From an uncultured Acidobacteriota bacterium (lineage in GTDB: Bacteria > Acidobacteriota > UBA6911): a stretch of 64,000 nucleotides of DNA. Where the stretch lies: the NCBI GenBank assembly GCA_963843575.1, contig CAWJKZ010000024.1, forward strand, positions 288,001 to 352,000, given 5' to 3'. Of the stretch, positions 43,976 to 53,462 are shown one piece after another (position 1 is the stretch's first letter; every line of letters starts with the position of its first letter). Below the pieces are notes generated by a model that saw only the letters and a list, made by a program, of their open reading frames with translations, ran no database searches and was not told the origin of the DNA. The position numbers were made by a program, and so were the translations under genes.

Positions 43976-44114
43976 TTCAGCCCGGACCCACGCGGTCCGA
44001 CGCACTGGTGACGACGGGCGAACGCCGGCCCGCCTTGACTTTCGTTCCCCCTCCCGCTTAACTTTCCCTAAATCGGGTGTGGGTAGTCACTTGCAACGGC
44101 GGGGAAGGGTGCAC

Positions 44115-44948
44115 ATGAAAATCGAGAAGATATCGGAATTCACGACCGAGCGCCTCTCTATATATCTCAGGTGCCTCGACGCGCTGCACGACTCAGGGGT
44201 GGAGACGACGTCGTCGAAAACAATCGCCGAGAGGGCACACCTCAATTCGGCGCAGGTGCGCAAGGATCTGGCCTATTTCGGCCGGTTCGGGGTGCGCGGG
44301 GTCGGCTACGCGGTAAGGGACTTGCGCGATCATCTGGCGGGCATACTCGGGATCAAACAGGGGCACAAGGTGATCGTGGTCGGAGCGGGGCATCTCGGGA
44401 TGGCCTTGGGCGAGTACCGCGGTTTTCAGCGGAATGGTTTCTCGGTGGTCGCGCTCTTCGATCGGTTGCCGGACAAGATCGGCACCACGAGCCGGACCGG
44501 CGTGCCGGTCCACGACATCCGCGAAATCGGTCCCGTCGTCCGCCGCACAGAGGCGAGCATGGCGATGCTGGCGGTGCCCGCCGACGCCGCCCGGGAGGTC
44601 TGCTCCCAGGTGGTCGACGCCGGAATCCGCGCGATACTGAACTTCGCGCCGGTGCGGCTGGCGGCCCCTCGCGGGGTGAAGATCAAATCCATCGACCTGA
44701 GCATCTCGCTCGAGACGCTCTCGTACTTCCTCGGCGCCGCCGCAGCCCGGAACCCCCGGGCGCGCGGAGGCGTCCGCGGGCAGTTACGCCGCGAGCGCCA
44801 TCGACTGAACGCGCGGCGAGTGAGGGGCGCCGAAGCTAGCGCGGTGTGGCGTCGGGCAGGCCGCCGTCTACCGGCAGGGTCGCCCCGGTCGTGGGTGTCT
44901 GGCGGGTGGCGAAAAACAGGGTCGCCCGGGCCACGTGGCGCGCGGTGA
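44115..44948 (+). CDS. rex: Redox-sensing transcriptional repressor (homology ends ~44735; true stop probably earlier)
   Basis: RLSIYLR.L, QVRKDLAYFG.FG.RGVGY, VGAGHLG.AL, AILNFAP. Confidence 0.9.
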   Translation: MKIEKISEFTTERLSIYLRCLDALHDSGVETTSSKTIAERAHLNSAQVRKDLAYFGRFGVRGVGYAVRDLRDHLAGILGIKQGHKVIVVGAGHLGMALGEYRGFQRNGFSVVALFDRLPDKIGTTSRTGVPVHDIREIGPVVRRTEASMAMLAVPADAAREVCSQVVDAGIRAILNFAPVRLAAPRGVKIKSIDLSISLETLSYFLGAAAARNPRARGGVRGQLRRERHRLNARRVRGAEASAVWRRAGRRLPAGSPRSWVSGGWRKTGSPGPRGAR

Positions 44949-46944
44949 CCCGCGCCTTGAGCAGGTTGCGGCTGCGGTAGTACTCCTCGAGGCCGTGCGC
45001 GTCGAGCCCGCGGGCCTTCATCCTGTCGGGCCCGACGGTCTCCCAGAGCCCGGACTTGCGCTCCCGGTGCCCGAATACCGCGTCCGGGGAAACCATGTTG
45101 ACCCGCACCCCGAGATCGGCGAATTCCAGGCTCGCGATGCGAGCGAGCTGGTGCGCGGCAGCCTTCGTGGCGCTGTAGGCGCCGAACTTCGCCCCCGGCG
45201 CAAAGACGTTCTTGGTCGAGATCAGCACAATGTCCCCGCCGGTACCCTGCGCGGCGAACAACCGGGACGATTCCTCGAGCACCAGGAGGGTTCCCTCGAC
45301 GTTGACCCGCTCGAGTTTCCTGAACGATTCCAGCCGCAACTCGGCCAGCGCCGCGACGTGAGCCACGCCCGCATTGACGATCACTAGGTCGACGCCGCCC
45401 CATTCGCGCACCACGCTTGCGAAGCCTGCCGCCACCGACGCCGGCTCCGTGACGTCCAGGGGCACGGGGACGACGCGCGGGCCGAAGCGCGCGCGCAGGG
45501 CGTCCGCCATCGAGTCCAGGTTGTCGCCGGGCAGGTCCGTCACCGCGACGTGGCACCCCTCGGCCAGCAGTTCCTCGGCTATGCCCCAGCCGATCGCCCC
45601 GGCGGCGCCGGTCACGAGGGCGACCTGGCGCCCGAGCACCGGTTCGCGCTCCGGCCCGAGCTTGGCGTGCTGCAGGGTCCGGTACTCCATGTCGAACAGC
45701 TCGGCCTCCTCCATCCCCGAGTAGGTGCCCATGGCCGAGATCTGCGCCTTGACGGCGAGGGTGTGGGCCGTGATGTCGCGGGCCAGCCCGGCGGAGAACG
45801 CGTCCTTCCCGGCGCAAAGCGCTCCTAGCCCCGGGATGAGAACGACGCGCGGAAGCGAGTCCATCCGCGACACGGAAGCCGGCATGCGCGCGGCGTTGCG
45901 CCGGACGTAGGCGTCGTAGGCGTCCGCGTAGGCGCGCACGGCCCGGCCAATCTGCCCACGCAGCGTCGGCAGGTCCTCGAAGTCCGGGTCGTCGCACCAC
46001 AGCGGCAGCGGCTTGGTGCGGATCAGGTGGTCGCTGGTCAGCGGAGGGGAGAGCGCCAGCTCCTTGCCCCCTGGCGCCTCGAGGATGTCGATGACCTCGC
46101 GCGTGACGAGCGGCCGCAGGATGACGCGCCGGTAGGGATGGTCCGGATCGTCCGTCGGCGCGGCCAGCAGGCCGCGGACCAAGGGGGCCGCGCGCTGCAG
46201 ACGCTCCATGGCCTTGTCCAGCGGCGTCCCCGGTACGGTCACGAACGCCCGGTGCACGCGCCGTGCCGCGTACTCCTCCGCCAGCGAAATCAGTTCGATG
46301 GTCACCTCGTACGATTCCCGGGCCGTGTCCCCCCACGTCACGAGCCCGTGCCGCATCCAGACCATGCCGCGGCTCCCGGGGTGGGCCTCGAAACTGACGG
46401 CAGCCGCTTGCGCCAGCCTGAAGCCCGGCTGGACATAGGGGAGCACGGGCACGCCCGGGCCGAGTGCCTCCGCCACCCGCGCGGCCCCGTCCGGCTGGTT
46501 GGTCAGGGCAAGGATGGCGTCGGCGTGGCAGTGGTCGATGTACTTCTTGGGGATGAAGGCGTGAACGAGGGTTTCGATCGACGCCGCCACGGCGCGCGCG
46601 TCCAGGGTTCGGCTGCGGAACTCCGCCTCCATCTGCTCGTCCGAGAGCGCGTCGAGCGTCCTCAACCTCCTCAGGTAGTCGAGGTCGAGGGGGATGTAAT
46701 CCCCGGCCCCCATCGAGGCCATGTCGAACCCCGACGGCTTCACGAAGAGGGCCGCGACGTCTTCTCCGAGGATGTTGCGGCGCGAGCCTTTTACGGAGTT
46801 GTTGCCCCCGCCGTGCAGGACCAGGCTGGGCTCCGCGCCCATGAGCCGCGATGCGTAGGCCCTCAGGGCGAGATCCGCGCCGCACCCGTCCCGGTGCAGC
46901 GCCACATACGTTTCCGCCTGTTCGTCCGACCAGCCGTTTTTCAT
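44836..46944 (-). CDS. Bifunctional class II aldolase / short-chain dehydrogenase (RhaD/RhaEW-like)
   Basis: LVLHGGGN.SVK, SIETLVH, DHCHAD, TSDHLIRTK; SDR TGAAGAIG, NAG, YSATK. Confidence 0.88.
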   Translation of the reverse strand: MKNGWSDEQAETYVALHRDGCGADLALRAYASRLMGAEPSLVLHGGGNNSVKGSRRNILGEDVAALFVKPSGFDMASMGAGDYIPLDLDYLRRLRTLDALSDEQMEAEFRSRTLDARAVAASIETLVHAFIPKKYIDHCHADAILALTNQPDGAARVAEALGPGVPVLPYVQPGFRLAQAAAVSFEAHPGSRGMVWMRHGLVTWGDTARESYEVTIELISLAEEYAARRVHRAFVTVPGTPLDKAMERLQRAAPLVRGLLAAPTDDPDHPYRRVILRPLVTREVIDILEAPGGKELALSPPLTSDHLIRTKPLPLWCDDPDFEDLPTLRGQIGRAVRAYADAYDAYVRRNAARMPASVSRMDSLPRVVLIPGLGALCAGKDAFSAGLARDITAHTLAVKAQISAMGTYSGMEEAELFDMEYRTLQHAKLGPEREPVLGRQVALVTGAAGAIGWGIAEELLAEGCHVAVTDLPGDNLDSMADALRARFGPRVVPVPLDVTEPASVAAGFASVVREWGGVDLVIVNAGVAHVAALAELRLESFRKLERVNVEGTLLVLEESSRLFAAQGTGGDIVLISTKNVFAPGAKFGAYSATKAAAHQLARIASLEFADLGVRVNMVSPDAVFGHRERKSGLWETVGPDRMKARGLDAHGLEEYYRSRNLLKARVTARHVARATLFFATRQTPTTGATLPVDGGLPDATPR

Positions 46945-46962
46945 GGATTCATCCGACGATCC

Positions 46963-47097
46963 GGAGTGCGGCGCCTCGGCTCCGCTTCACCCTTGCGTCT
47001 CGCGGCCGAAATGCCCGGCGCCTCGGCGGCACACCGGATCCCGACATTGCGGCGCCGAGGCGCCGCCACTAAAGCGGCGTCAAGCCGCCGCACCCCA
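46963..47097. repeat. REP-like family B composite element
   Basis: GGAGTGCGGCGCCTCGGC ... AAAGCGGCGTCAAGCCGCCGCACCCCA; overlaps the epimerase stop. Confidence 0.8.
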
Positions 47098-47827
47098 CAT
47101 TGGACCGGCGCGGCAGCGTCTTCAGGTGCTCCAGCATGGCGGCGGCGTTCTGTCCGGCCGCCTTGCCGTCGAACACCGCGCTGCCCGTTACGATCACGTC
47201 GACTCCGGTAGCCGCGATCCCCTCGAAGTTCTGGCGCGTGACGCCCCCGTCGACCGCCAGCAGGATCGAGCGCCCGCTCGCCCGGATCATCTCGCTCGCC
47301 CGGGAGATCTTCCGCCGCGTGGACTCGATGAACGACTGGCCGCCCCAGCCCGGATTGACCGCGAGCAGCAGGAGGAGGTCGATTTCGTCCAGCAGGGCCT
47401 CAATCACCCCGACGGGGGTGCCCGGGTTCAGCGCCAGCCCGCGCACCAGCCCGCGCGCGGGGTCGTTGGCATTCGCGAATCCCGCCATGCTCTGCAGGGC
47501 CCGGTGCACGTGCGGGCCGGCCTCGTAATGGACCGTGAGGATGTCCGCCCCGGCGCGCACGTAATCGCCGATCTTCCCGACGGGGTCGCCGACCATCAGG
47601 TGGACGTCCTTGAGCAGCGGGGTCCGCACGGCCCGGACGAAGGACGGCCCCACCGTGAGCTGCGGCACGAAGCAGCCGTCCATCACGTCGATGTGCACCA
47701 GGGCGACGCCCGTCCTCTCGAGCAGCGCGAGTTCCGAGCCAAGGGCCAGCAGATCGGCCGTGAGGATGCCGATGCTGAGCGTCGGCGCGTTGCGGAGCAG
47801 GTTGTCGAGTGTCGTGCCGCTGGGCAT
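47069..47827 (-). CDS. Ribulose-phosphate 3-epimerase family protein (LsrE-like)
   Basis: HIDVMDG.FVP, DVHLMV, LNPGTP, VNPG.GGQ, VDGG; N-terminal SIGIL and QLTVGP. Confidence 0.85.
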   Translation of the reverse strand: MPSGTTLDNLLRNAPTLSIGILTADLLALGSELALLERTGVALVHIDVMDGCFVPQLTVGPSFVRAVRTPLLKDVHLMVGDPVGKIGDYVRAGADILTVHYEAGPHVHRALQSMAGFANANDPARGLVRGLALNPGTPVGVIEALLDEIDLLLLLAVNPGWGGQSFIESTRRKISRASEMIRASGRSILLAVDGGVTRQNFEGIAATGVDVIVTGSAVFDGKAAGQNAAAMLEHLKTLPRRSNVGCGGLTPL

Positions 47828-47839
47828 CGCCGGACTCGT

Positions 47840-48736
47840 CTAGCGCGCGGACGCGGCTTTTTCGCGCTTCAGCGTCAGGTAGAGGTCGTAGGCTTCCGCG
47901 GGCTTCATCGCCTGGTGCACGACGCCCCGCACGGCCTGGATCATCGCCTGCGGCGCCTCGGACTGGAATATGTTCCGGCCCATGTCCACGCCTGCGGCCC
48001 CCTCGGAGACCGCCCGCCAGGCCATCGCGAGCGCATCCTTCTCGTCGAGTTTCTTGCCTCCGGCCATGACGACCGGGACCGGGCACGAAGCTGTCACCGT
48101 CTCGAAGCCTTCCGCGACGTAGTACGTCTTGACCACGTGTGCCCCCAACTCCGCGCAGATCCGGCACGCGAGCCTCAGGTAGCGCGCGTCCCTGGTCATG
48201 GTCTTGCCCACCGCCGTCACTCCGAGGATGGCGACCCCGTAACGGTTGCCCAGGTCGACGAGGCGGGTCAGGTTGTGGACCGATTGCGTTTCGAACTCGC
48301 CGCCAATGTACACCTGTACGGCCATCGCGGCCACGTTGAGCCGCACGGCGTCCTCGATGTCGACGGCGATCTGCTCGTTCGACAGCTCCTTCAGGATGCT
48401 TGGCCCGCCGCTGGCGCGCAGCACGATCCCGCGTCCGTAGGACGGCGGGATCGTCGTGCGCAGGATCCCGCGGGTGAGCATAAGGGCATCGGTGTGGGGC
48501 AGCAGGGGGACGATGTTCACGTCGATGCGCTCCAGCCCGGTCGTCGGTCCCTGGAAGTACCCGTGATCGATCGCGAGCATGACCGTCCGGCCCGACGACG
48601 GGTTGAAAACCCGGGCCAGCCGGTTCTGCATCCCCCAGTCGAGAGAGGTCGACCCTTTCAGGAAAAACGGTTCAACCCTAGCCGGGGTGCCGAGGTGAAA
48701 GTCCTTGGTCTCGCCGATTCCGTCCACATCCGCCAT
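47840..48736 (-). CDS. lsrF: 3-hydroxy-5-phosphonooxypentane-2,4-dione thiolase
   Basis: [51 protein letters not shown]; closely matches recalled E. coli LsrF. Confidence 0.9.
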   Translation of the reverse strand: MADVDGIGETKDFHLGTPARVEPFFLKGSTSLDWGMQNRLARVFNPSSGRTVMLAIDHGYFQGPTTGLERIDVNIVPLLPHTDALMLTRGILRTTIPPSYGRGIVLRASGGPSILKELSNEQIAVDIEDAVRLNVAAMAVQVYIGGEFETQSVHNLTRLVDLGNRYGVAILGVTAVGKTMTRDARYLRLACRICAELGAHVVKTYYVAEGFETVTASCPVPVVMAGGKKLDEKDALAMAWRAVSEGAAGVDMGRNIFQSEAPQAMIQAVRGVVHQAMKPAEAYDLYLTLKREKAASAR

Positions 48737-48835
48737 CTGTCGTTCCCCCTGCGCAATGAATGATCCACCAAGATAAAAGTTTTGTCCCGGCTATTCAAGC
48801 TTATCCGGGGCCGGTCACAAACCCTTAACGCAAGC

Positions 48836-48940
48836 CAAGTGGGTCCGGGCTTCAACCCGGACGCTGTTTGCGGTTGCCAGACGGTGCGCCTGTTGCTACA
48901 TAGCTCACATCAAAAGGCGTCCGAGCTGAAGCCCGGACCC
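48836..48940. repeat. REP-like family A inverted doublet (slightly degenerate)
   Basis: CAAGTGGGTCCGGGCTTCAACCCGGACG ... CGTCCGAGCTGAAGCCCGGACCC. Confidence 0.85.
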
Positions 48941-48994
48941 TCTCAGGCGCCCGGACCCTCTCAGGCGCCCGGACCCTCTCAGGCGCCCGGACCC
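48931..48994 (+). repeat. 18-bp tandem repeat x3.5
   Basis: GCCCGGACCCTCTCAGGC at 48931, 48949 and 48967, partial at 48985. Confidence 0.9.
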
Positions 48995-49005
48995 GGACAT
49001 GGACT

Positions 49006-49035
49006 TTGGTTCACGTCCGCGGGTTCCGGTATAAT
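49006..49035 (+). promoter_or_regulatory. Putative sigma70 promoter of purF operon
   Basis: TTGGTT-N18-TATAAT. Confidence 0.5.
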
Positions 49036-49086
49036 ACGTGATCACCAATTACGGCATGAGCAGTGAGGTGTTGGGTGGACTCAGAT

Positions 49087-50514
49087 ATGACGCCTTGGGA
49101 TAAGCTCAAGGAAGAATGCGGCATTTTCGGCATCGTTTCCCATCCGGAGGCGGCCAGGCTGGCTTATCTCGGGATTTACGCCCTGCAGCACCGCGGGCAG
49201 GAGTCGGCCGGAATCGTCAGCTCCGACGGCACGAAGCTGCACATCCAGAAAGGCATGGGTCACGTGGCCGACGTTTTCAACCCGGCGCGCCTGGAGCGCC
49301 TGCCGGGGAGCCTGGCCATCGGGCACGTGCGTTACTCCACGGCCGGGGAGAGCTCCGGCATCAACGCCCAGCCGATCCTGATCGACTGCTGGCGCGGGCC
49401 GCTGGCACTGGCGCACAACGGCAATCTGATCAACGCCGCACAGCTGCGCCGCGAGCTGGAGCGCGACGGCGCCATCTTCCACTCGACCAGCGACAGCGAG
49501 GTCATCCTGCACCTGCTGTCGCGCTCCAAGCGGCGCACCCTGCTCGAGGCGTTCGTCGACGCCCTGCGGATCGTCCAGGGCGCGTATTCCGTCCTGCTGC
49601 TCACCCCGGAGTTCCTCCTGGCGGCGCGCGACCCGCGCGGGTTCCGGCCGCTGTGCCTGGGACAGGTCGGCGGCCGCTATGTGTTGGCGTCCGAGACCTG
49701 CGCCTTCGACCTGATCGACGCCCGCTACGTCCGCGACGTGGAGCCGGGCGAAGTGCTGCTGATCGACGCGGACAACATCGACTCGACGTTCCCCCTGCCC
49801 AGGGAGAAACCGGCCCACTGCGTTTTCGAGCACGTCTACTTCAGCCGTCCCGACAGCCTGGTGTTCGGCCGGACCGTCAACACCAGCCGACGCCTCATGG
49901 GAATCCACCTGGCGCGCGAGCACCCGGTCGAGGCCGACGTCGTCGTGCCGGTCCCGGACTCCGGGGTCTCGGCGGCGATCGGGTACGCCCACGAGAGCGG
50001 CATCCCGCTGGAGTTCGGCCTGATCCGCAACCATTATGTCGGCCGGACGTTCATCGAACCGAAGCAGTCGATCCGGAACTTCGGGGTCAAGGTGAAGCTG
50101 AACCCCGTCCGCGAGATCCTCCAGGGGAAGCGCGTGGTGCTGGTGGACGACTCGATCGTGCGCGGCACCACCAGCCGGAAGATCGTGCAGATCATCCGGG
50201 CCGCGGGCGCGAAGGAAATCCACCTGCGGATCACCTCCCCCCCCATCGTCAGCCCTTGCTACTACGGCATCGACACGCCGACCAAGAGCGAGCTGATCGG
50301 CTCGACCAAGTCGGTCGACGAAATCCGCAAGTTCGTCGGGGCCGACAGCCTGGGCTACCTGAGCCTGGAGGCGATGATGCAGTCGGTGGAGGACGGCGGG
50401 CGTTATTGCTCGGCCTGTTTTACGGAAAAGTACCCGACCGAGGTGACGCACCAGGAACGACAAAAGGAACTGTTCGGCAGGAACCTGTCGGAGATCCTCA
50501 CCACGCGGTCTTGA
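49087..50514 (+). CDS. purF: Amidophosphoribosyltransferase
   Basis: Propeptide + EECGIFG, QHRGQESAG, GHVRYST, VPDSG, DDSIVRGTT, YGID. Confidence 0.97.
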   Translation: MTPWDKLKEECGIFGIVSHPEAARLAYLGIYALQHRGQESAGIVSSDGTKLHIQKGMGHVADVFNPARLERLPGSLAIGHVRYSTAGESSGINAQPILIDCWRGPLALAHNGNLINAAQLRRELERDGAIFHSTSDSEVILHLLSRSKRRTLLEAFVDALRIVQGAYSVLLLTPEFLLAARDPRGFRPLCLGQVGGRYVLASETCAFDLIDARYVRDVEPGEVLLIDADNIDSTFPLPREKPAHCVFEHVYFSRPDSLVFGRTVNTSRRLMGIHLAREHPVEADVVVPVPDSGVSAAIGYAHESGIPLEFGLIRNHYVGRTFIEPKQSIRNFGVKVKLNPVREILQGKRVVLVDDSIVRGTTSRKIVQIIRAAGAKEIHLRITSPPIVSPCYYGIDTPTKSELIGSTKSVDEIRKFVGADSLGYLSLEAMMQSVEDGGRYCSACFTEKYPTEVTHQERQKELFGRNLSEILTTRS

Positions 50515-50535
50515 CCACGAGGGCTGCCCCCACCC

Positions 50536-51582
50536 ATGGATACACCTGAGCACGGAAAGTTGACCTACGCCGCGTCGGGCGTCGACATCGACGCGGCGAC
50601 CGAAGCCAAGCAGCGCATCCGGAAGATCGCGCGCGCCACGTTCACCCCCGGCGTCCTGACCGACATCGGCAGTTTCGGGGCCCTTTTCCGCCTGGAGCCG
50701 GGACGGTGGCGCGACCCGTTGCTGGTCTCGAGCTGCGACGGTGTCGGCACCAAACTCAAACTCGCCTTCATGACCGGCATCCACCACACGGTCGGGTACG
50801 ACCTTGTCTCGCACTGCGTCTCGGACATCATGGTTCAGGGGGCGCGCCCCCTGTTCTTTCTCGATTACATCGCCTGCGGAGGGCTCAAGCCTGAGGTCGT
50901 GGAACAGCTCGTCGCCGGTCTGGCCCGCGGTTGCAGCGAAACCGGGTGCGCCCTGGTAGGCGGCGAAACCGCGGAAATGCCCGATTTCTACGCTCCAGGC
51001 GAATACGACCTGGCAGGTTTCATCGTCGGGGTCGTCGACCGGGACAAGGTCATCGACGGCTCCGCCATCCGGCCGGGAGACCGCCTGCTGGGGCTGGCGT
51101 CGGCCGGCCTGCACACCAACGGCTACTCGCTCGCGCGCCGGCTTTTTTTCGACCGGCTGGCCCTCGGCCCGCGCGACTCGGTGCCCGAGCTCGGGGGGAG
51201 TGTCGCTGACGTGCTGCTGGCGCCCCACCGCAGCTACTACAAGCTCGTCGAGCCGCTGCTCGACACGGGACTGCTCAAGGGGCTGGCCCACGTCACCGGC
51301 GGCGGGATAACCGACAACCTGCCGCGCATCCTGCCGGAGGGGACCGCCGCCCGGGTGGTCCGTGGCGCCTGGCCCGTTCTTCCCGTGTTCGACTACATCC
51401 GGCGGAAGGGCGAGGTCGAGGAAACGGAAATGTACCGCACGTTCAACATGGGGATCGGGATGATCCTGGTTGCGGCGCCCGAGACGCTCCCGGAGCTGAG
51501 GCGGCACTTCGCCGCGCGCGGCGAGCCACTCCACGAAATCGGCGAGATCGTTCCCGGCGCACGGTCCGTTCAGTACAGTTGA
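50536..51582 (+). CDS. purM: Phosphoribosylaminoimidazole synthetase
   Basis: [41 protein letters not shown]. Confidence 0.97.
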   Translation: MDTPEHGKLTYAASGVDIDAATEAKQRIRKIARATFTPGVLTDIGSFGALFRLEPGRWRDPLLVSSCDGVGTKLKLAFMTGIHHTVGYDLVSHCVSDIMVQGARPLFFLDYIACGGLKPEVVEQLVAGLARGCSETGCALVGGETAEMPDFYAPGEYDLAGFIVGVVDRDKVIDGSAIRPGDRLLGLASAGLHTNGYSLARRLFFDRLALGPRDSVPELGGSVADVLLAPHRSYYKLVEPLLDTGLLKGLAHVTGGGITDNLPRILPEGTAARVVRGAWPVLPVFDYIRRKGEVEETEMYRTFNMGIGMILVAAPETLPELRRHFAARGEPLHEIGEIVPGARSVQYS

Positions 51583-51623
51583 AGGTCCGCCCGTTCCTTG
51601 TTCGGGAGTATCCGGAGGTTCGC

Positions 51624-52241
51624 ATGTCTCAGCATCGCAGGCTGGCGATACTGCTCTCGGGGCGGGGCTCGAATTTCCTTGCGATCCAGGACGCGATCCG
51701 GCGCGGGGACCTCGACGCGGAGATCTGCTGCGTCGTCGCCAATGTGCCGGAAGCCGCGGGTCTCACCCATGCGCGGGCATCGGGGCTGCCGGCGCTGTGC
51801 ATCCCGTCGAAGGGCGTGGACAGGACCGAGTACGACCGGCGGCTCGTGGAGGCCCTGGCGCCGTACGATCCCGCGCTGGTGTGCCTCGCCGGCTTCATGC
51901 GCATCCTCACCCCGGCCTTTCTGGACGCGTATCGCGGGCGCGTCCTCAACATTCACCCGGCCCTGCTCCCCTCCTTCCCGGGGATGCACGCCCAGCGCCA
52001 GGCGCTCGAATACGGCGTCCGGGTCACGGGCTGCACCGTCCACCTCGTCGACGAAGGAATGGACACCGGCAAGGTCCTCATGCAGCGCGCCGTCGAGGTG
52101 CTCGACGGCGACACCGAGGAGACGCTCTCGGCGCGTATCCTGAAACAGGAACACCAACTCTACTGGAGGGCGATCGCGATGGTCCTGGACCGCATGTGCG
52201 GCGCAGACAATTCCCGGGTGTCGACGGGCGGTGCGGAGTGA
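51624..52241 (+). CDS. purN: Phosphoribosylglycinamide formyltransferase
   Basis: [33 protein letters not shown]. Confidence 0.96.
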   Translation: MSQHRRLAILLSGRGSNFLAIQDAIRRGDLDAEICCVVANVPEAAGLTHARASGLPALCIPSKGVDRTEYDRRLVEALAPYDPALVCLAGFMRILTPAFLDAYRGRVLNIHPALLPSFPGMHAQRQALEYGVRVTGCTVHLVDEGMDTGKVLMQRAVEVLDGDTEETLSARILKQEHQLYWRAIAMVLDRMCGADNSRVSTGGAE

Positions 52242-53452
52242 ACGCCCGGGAGCAGCTCGACTACCTGCGACGCGGGTCCGTCGAAATCATCAGCGAGGAG
52301 GAAGCCCTCCGCAAATTCGACAAGTCGATCCGCACCGGCGTGCCCCTGAAGGTAAAGGTGGGCTTCGACCCGACCGCCCCGGACCTCCATCTCGGCCACG
52401 CGGTCCTGCTCAGGAAGATGAAGCACTTCCAGGATCTCGGCCACACGGTCGTCTTCCTTATCGGCGACTTTACCGCCCTCATCGGCGACCCGACCGGGCG
52501 GTCGAAGACCCGCCCCCCGCTCTCGACGGAGGAGATCGCGGCCAACGCCGAGACTTTCAAGAGGCAGGTGTTCAAGATCCTGGACCCGGTCAAGACCGTG
52601 GTCGACTTCAACAGCCGCTGGCTGGGGAGGCTCTCTTCATCCGACTGGATCCGTCTCGCATCGCGCTACACCGTCGCGCGCATGCTCGAACGGGACGACT
52701 TCACCAAGAGGCTCAAGGCAAACCAGCCGATCTCCATGCACGAGCTCCTCTACCCCCTCGCCCAGGCCTACGACTCGGTCGCGCTGCAGGCGGATTTCGA
52801 ATTCGGCGGCACCGACCAGACTTTCAACCTCCTGGTGGGCCGCGACATCATGCGGGAGTACGGGCTCGAGCCGCAGGTGATCCTCACCACGCCCTTGTTG
52901 GAGGGGACCGACGGAGTCGAGAAGATGAGCAAGTCGCTGGGAAACTACATCGGGTTCACCGAGCCCGCCTGCGATATTTACGGAAAGGTCATGTCCATCT
53001 CCGACCCCCTGATGTGGCGCTACTGGGAACTGCTTACCGACTTGCCCGCGGCGGAACTCGGGCGGATCCGTTCCGGGGTCGAGGCCGGCACCCTGCACCC
53101 GATGAAAGTCAAAGGGGACCTCGCCGCGTGCATCGTGCGGGACTTCCACGGGGCCGACGCCGCGCGCGATGCCGCCGAGCAGTTCGCGCGGGTTCATCAG
53201 CGCGGCGAGACCCCCGACGACATGCCGCAATTTGAGCTGAGGCGCCACGGACCGTTGCCGGGACTCGTCGACCTGCTCGTGTCGTCGGGCCTCGCTCCTT
53301 CGAAAACCGAGGCCCGGCGGCTGGTCAAGGCCGGGGCCGTATCGCTGGACGGCAGGAAGATCACCGACGTCACCGCGCACATCCCCGGCGATCTCGAACG
53401 CTTTGTGCTGCGCTGCGGCAGGCTGCGGTTCTGCCAGGTCCGCATCTCGTAG
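52238..53452 (+). CDS. tyrS: Tyrosine--tRNA ligase
   Basis: [26 protein letters not shown]-terminal S4 domain. Confidence 0.96.
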   Translation: MNAREQLDYLRRGSVEIISEEEALRKFDKSIRTGVPLKVKVGFDPTAPDLHLGHAVLLRKMKHFQDLGHTVVFLIGDFTALIGDPTGRSKTRPPLSTEEIAANAETFKRQVFKILDPVKTVVDFNSRWLGRLSSSDWIRLASRYTVARMLERDDFTKRLKANQPISMHELLYPLAQAYDSVALQADFEFGGTDQTFNLLVGRDIMREYGLEPQVILTTPLLEGTDGVEKMSKSLGNYIGFTEPACDIYGKVMSISDPLMWRYWELLTDLPAAELGRIRSGVEAGTLHPMKVKGDLAACIVRDFHGADAARDAAEQFARVHQRGETPDDMPQFELRRHGPLPGLVDLLVSSGLAPSKTEARRLVKAGAVSLDGRKITDVTAHIPGDLERFVLRCGRLRFCQVRIS

Positions 53453-53462
53453 GATCCTGATA

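Noticed and set aside
43830-44114. N-terminal extension of Rex and small ORFs beginning MGPGFSPD or MECGASAPL
   Set aside because: These are translations of REP elements; Rex homology starts at ATG 44115.
44040-44114. Rex operator upstream of rex or lsrF
   Set aside because: No convincing TTGTGAA-N4-TTCACAA match found.
44735-44948. Long Rex C-terminal tail overlapping the convergent gene by 113 bp
   Set aside because: Low-complexity Arg-rich sequence; probably a stop lost through an indel.
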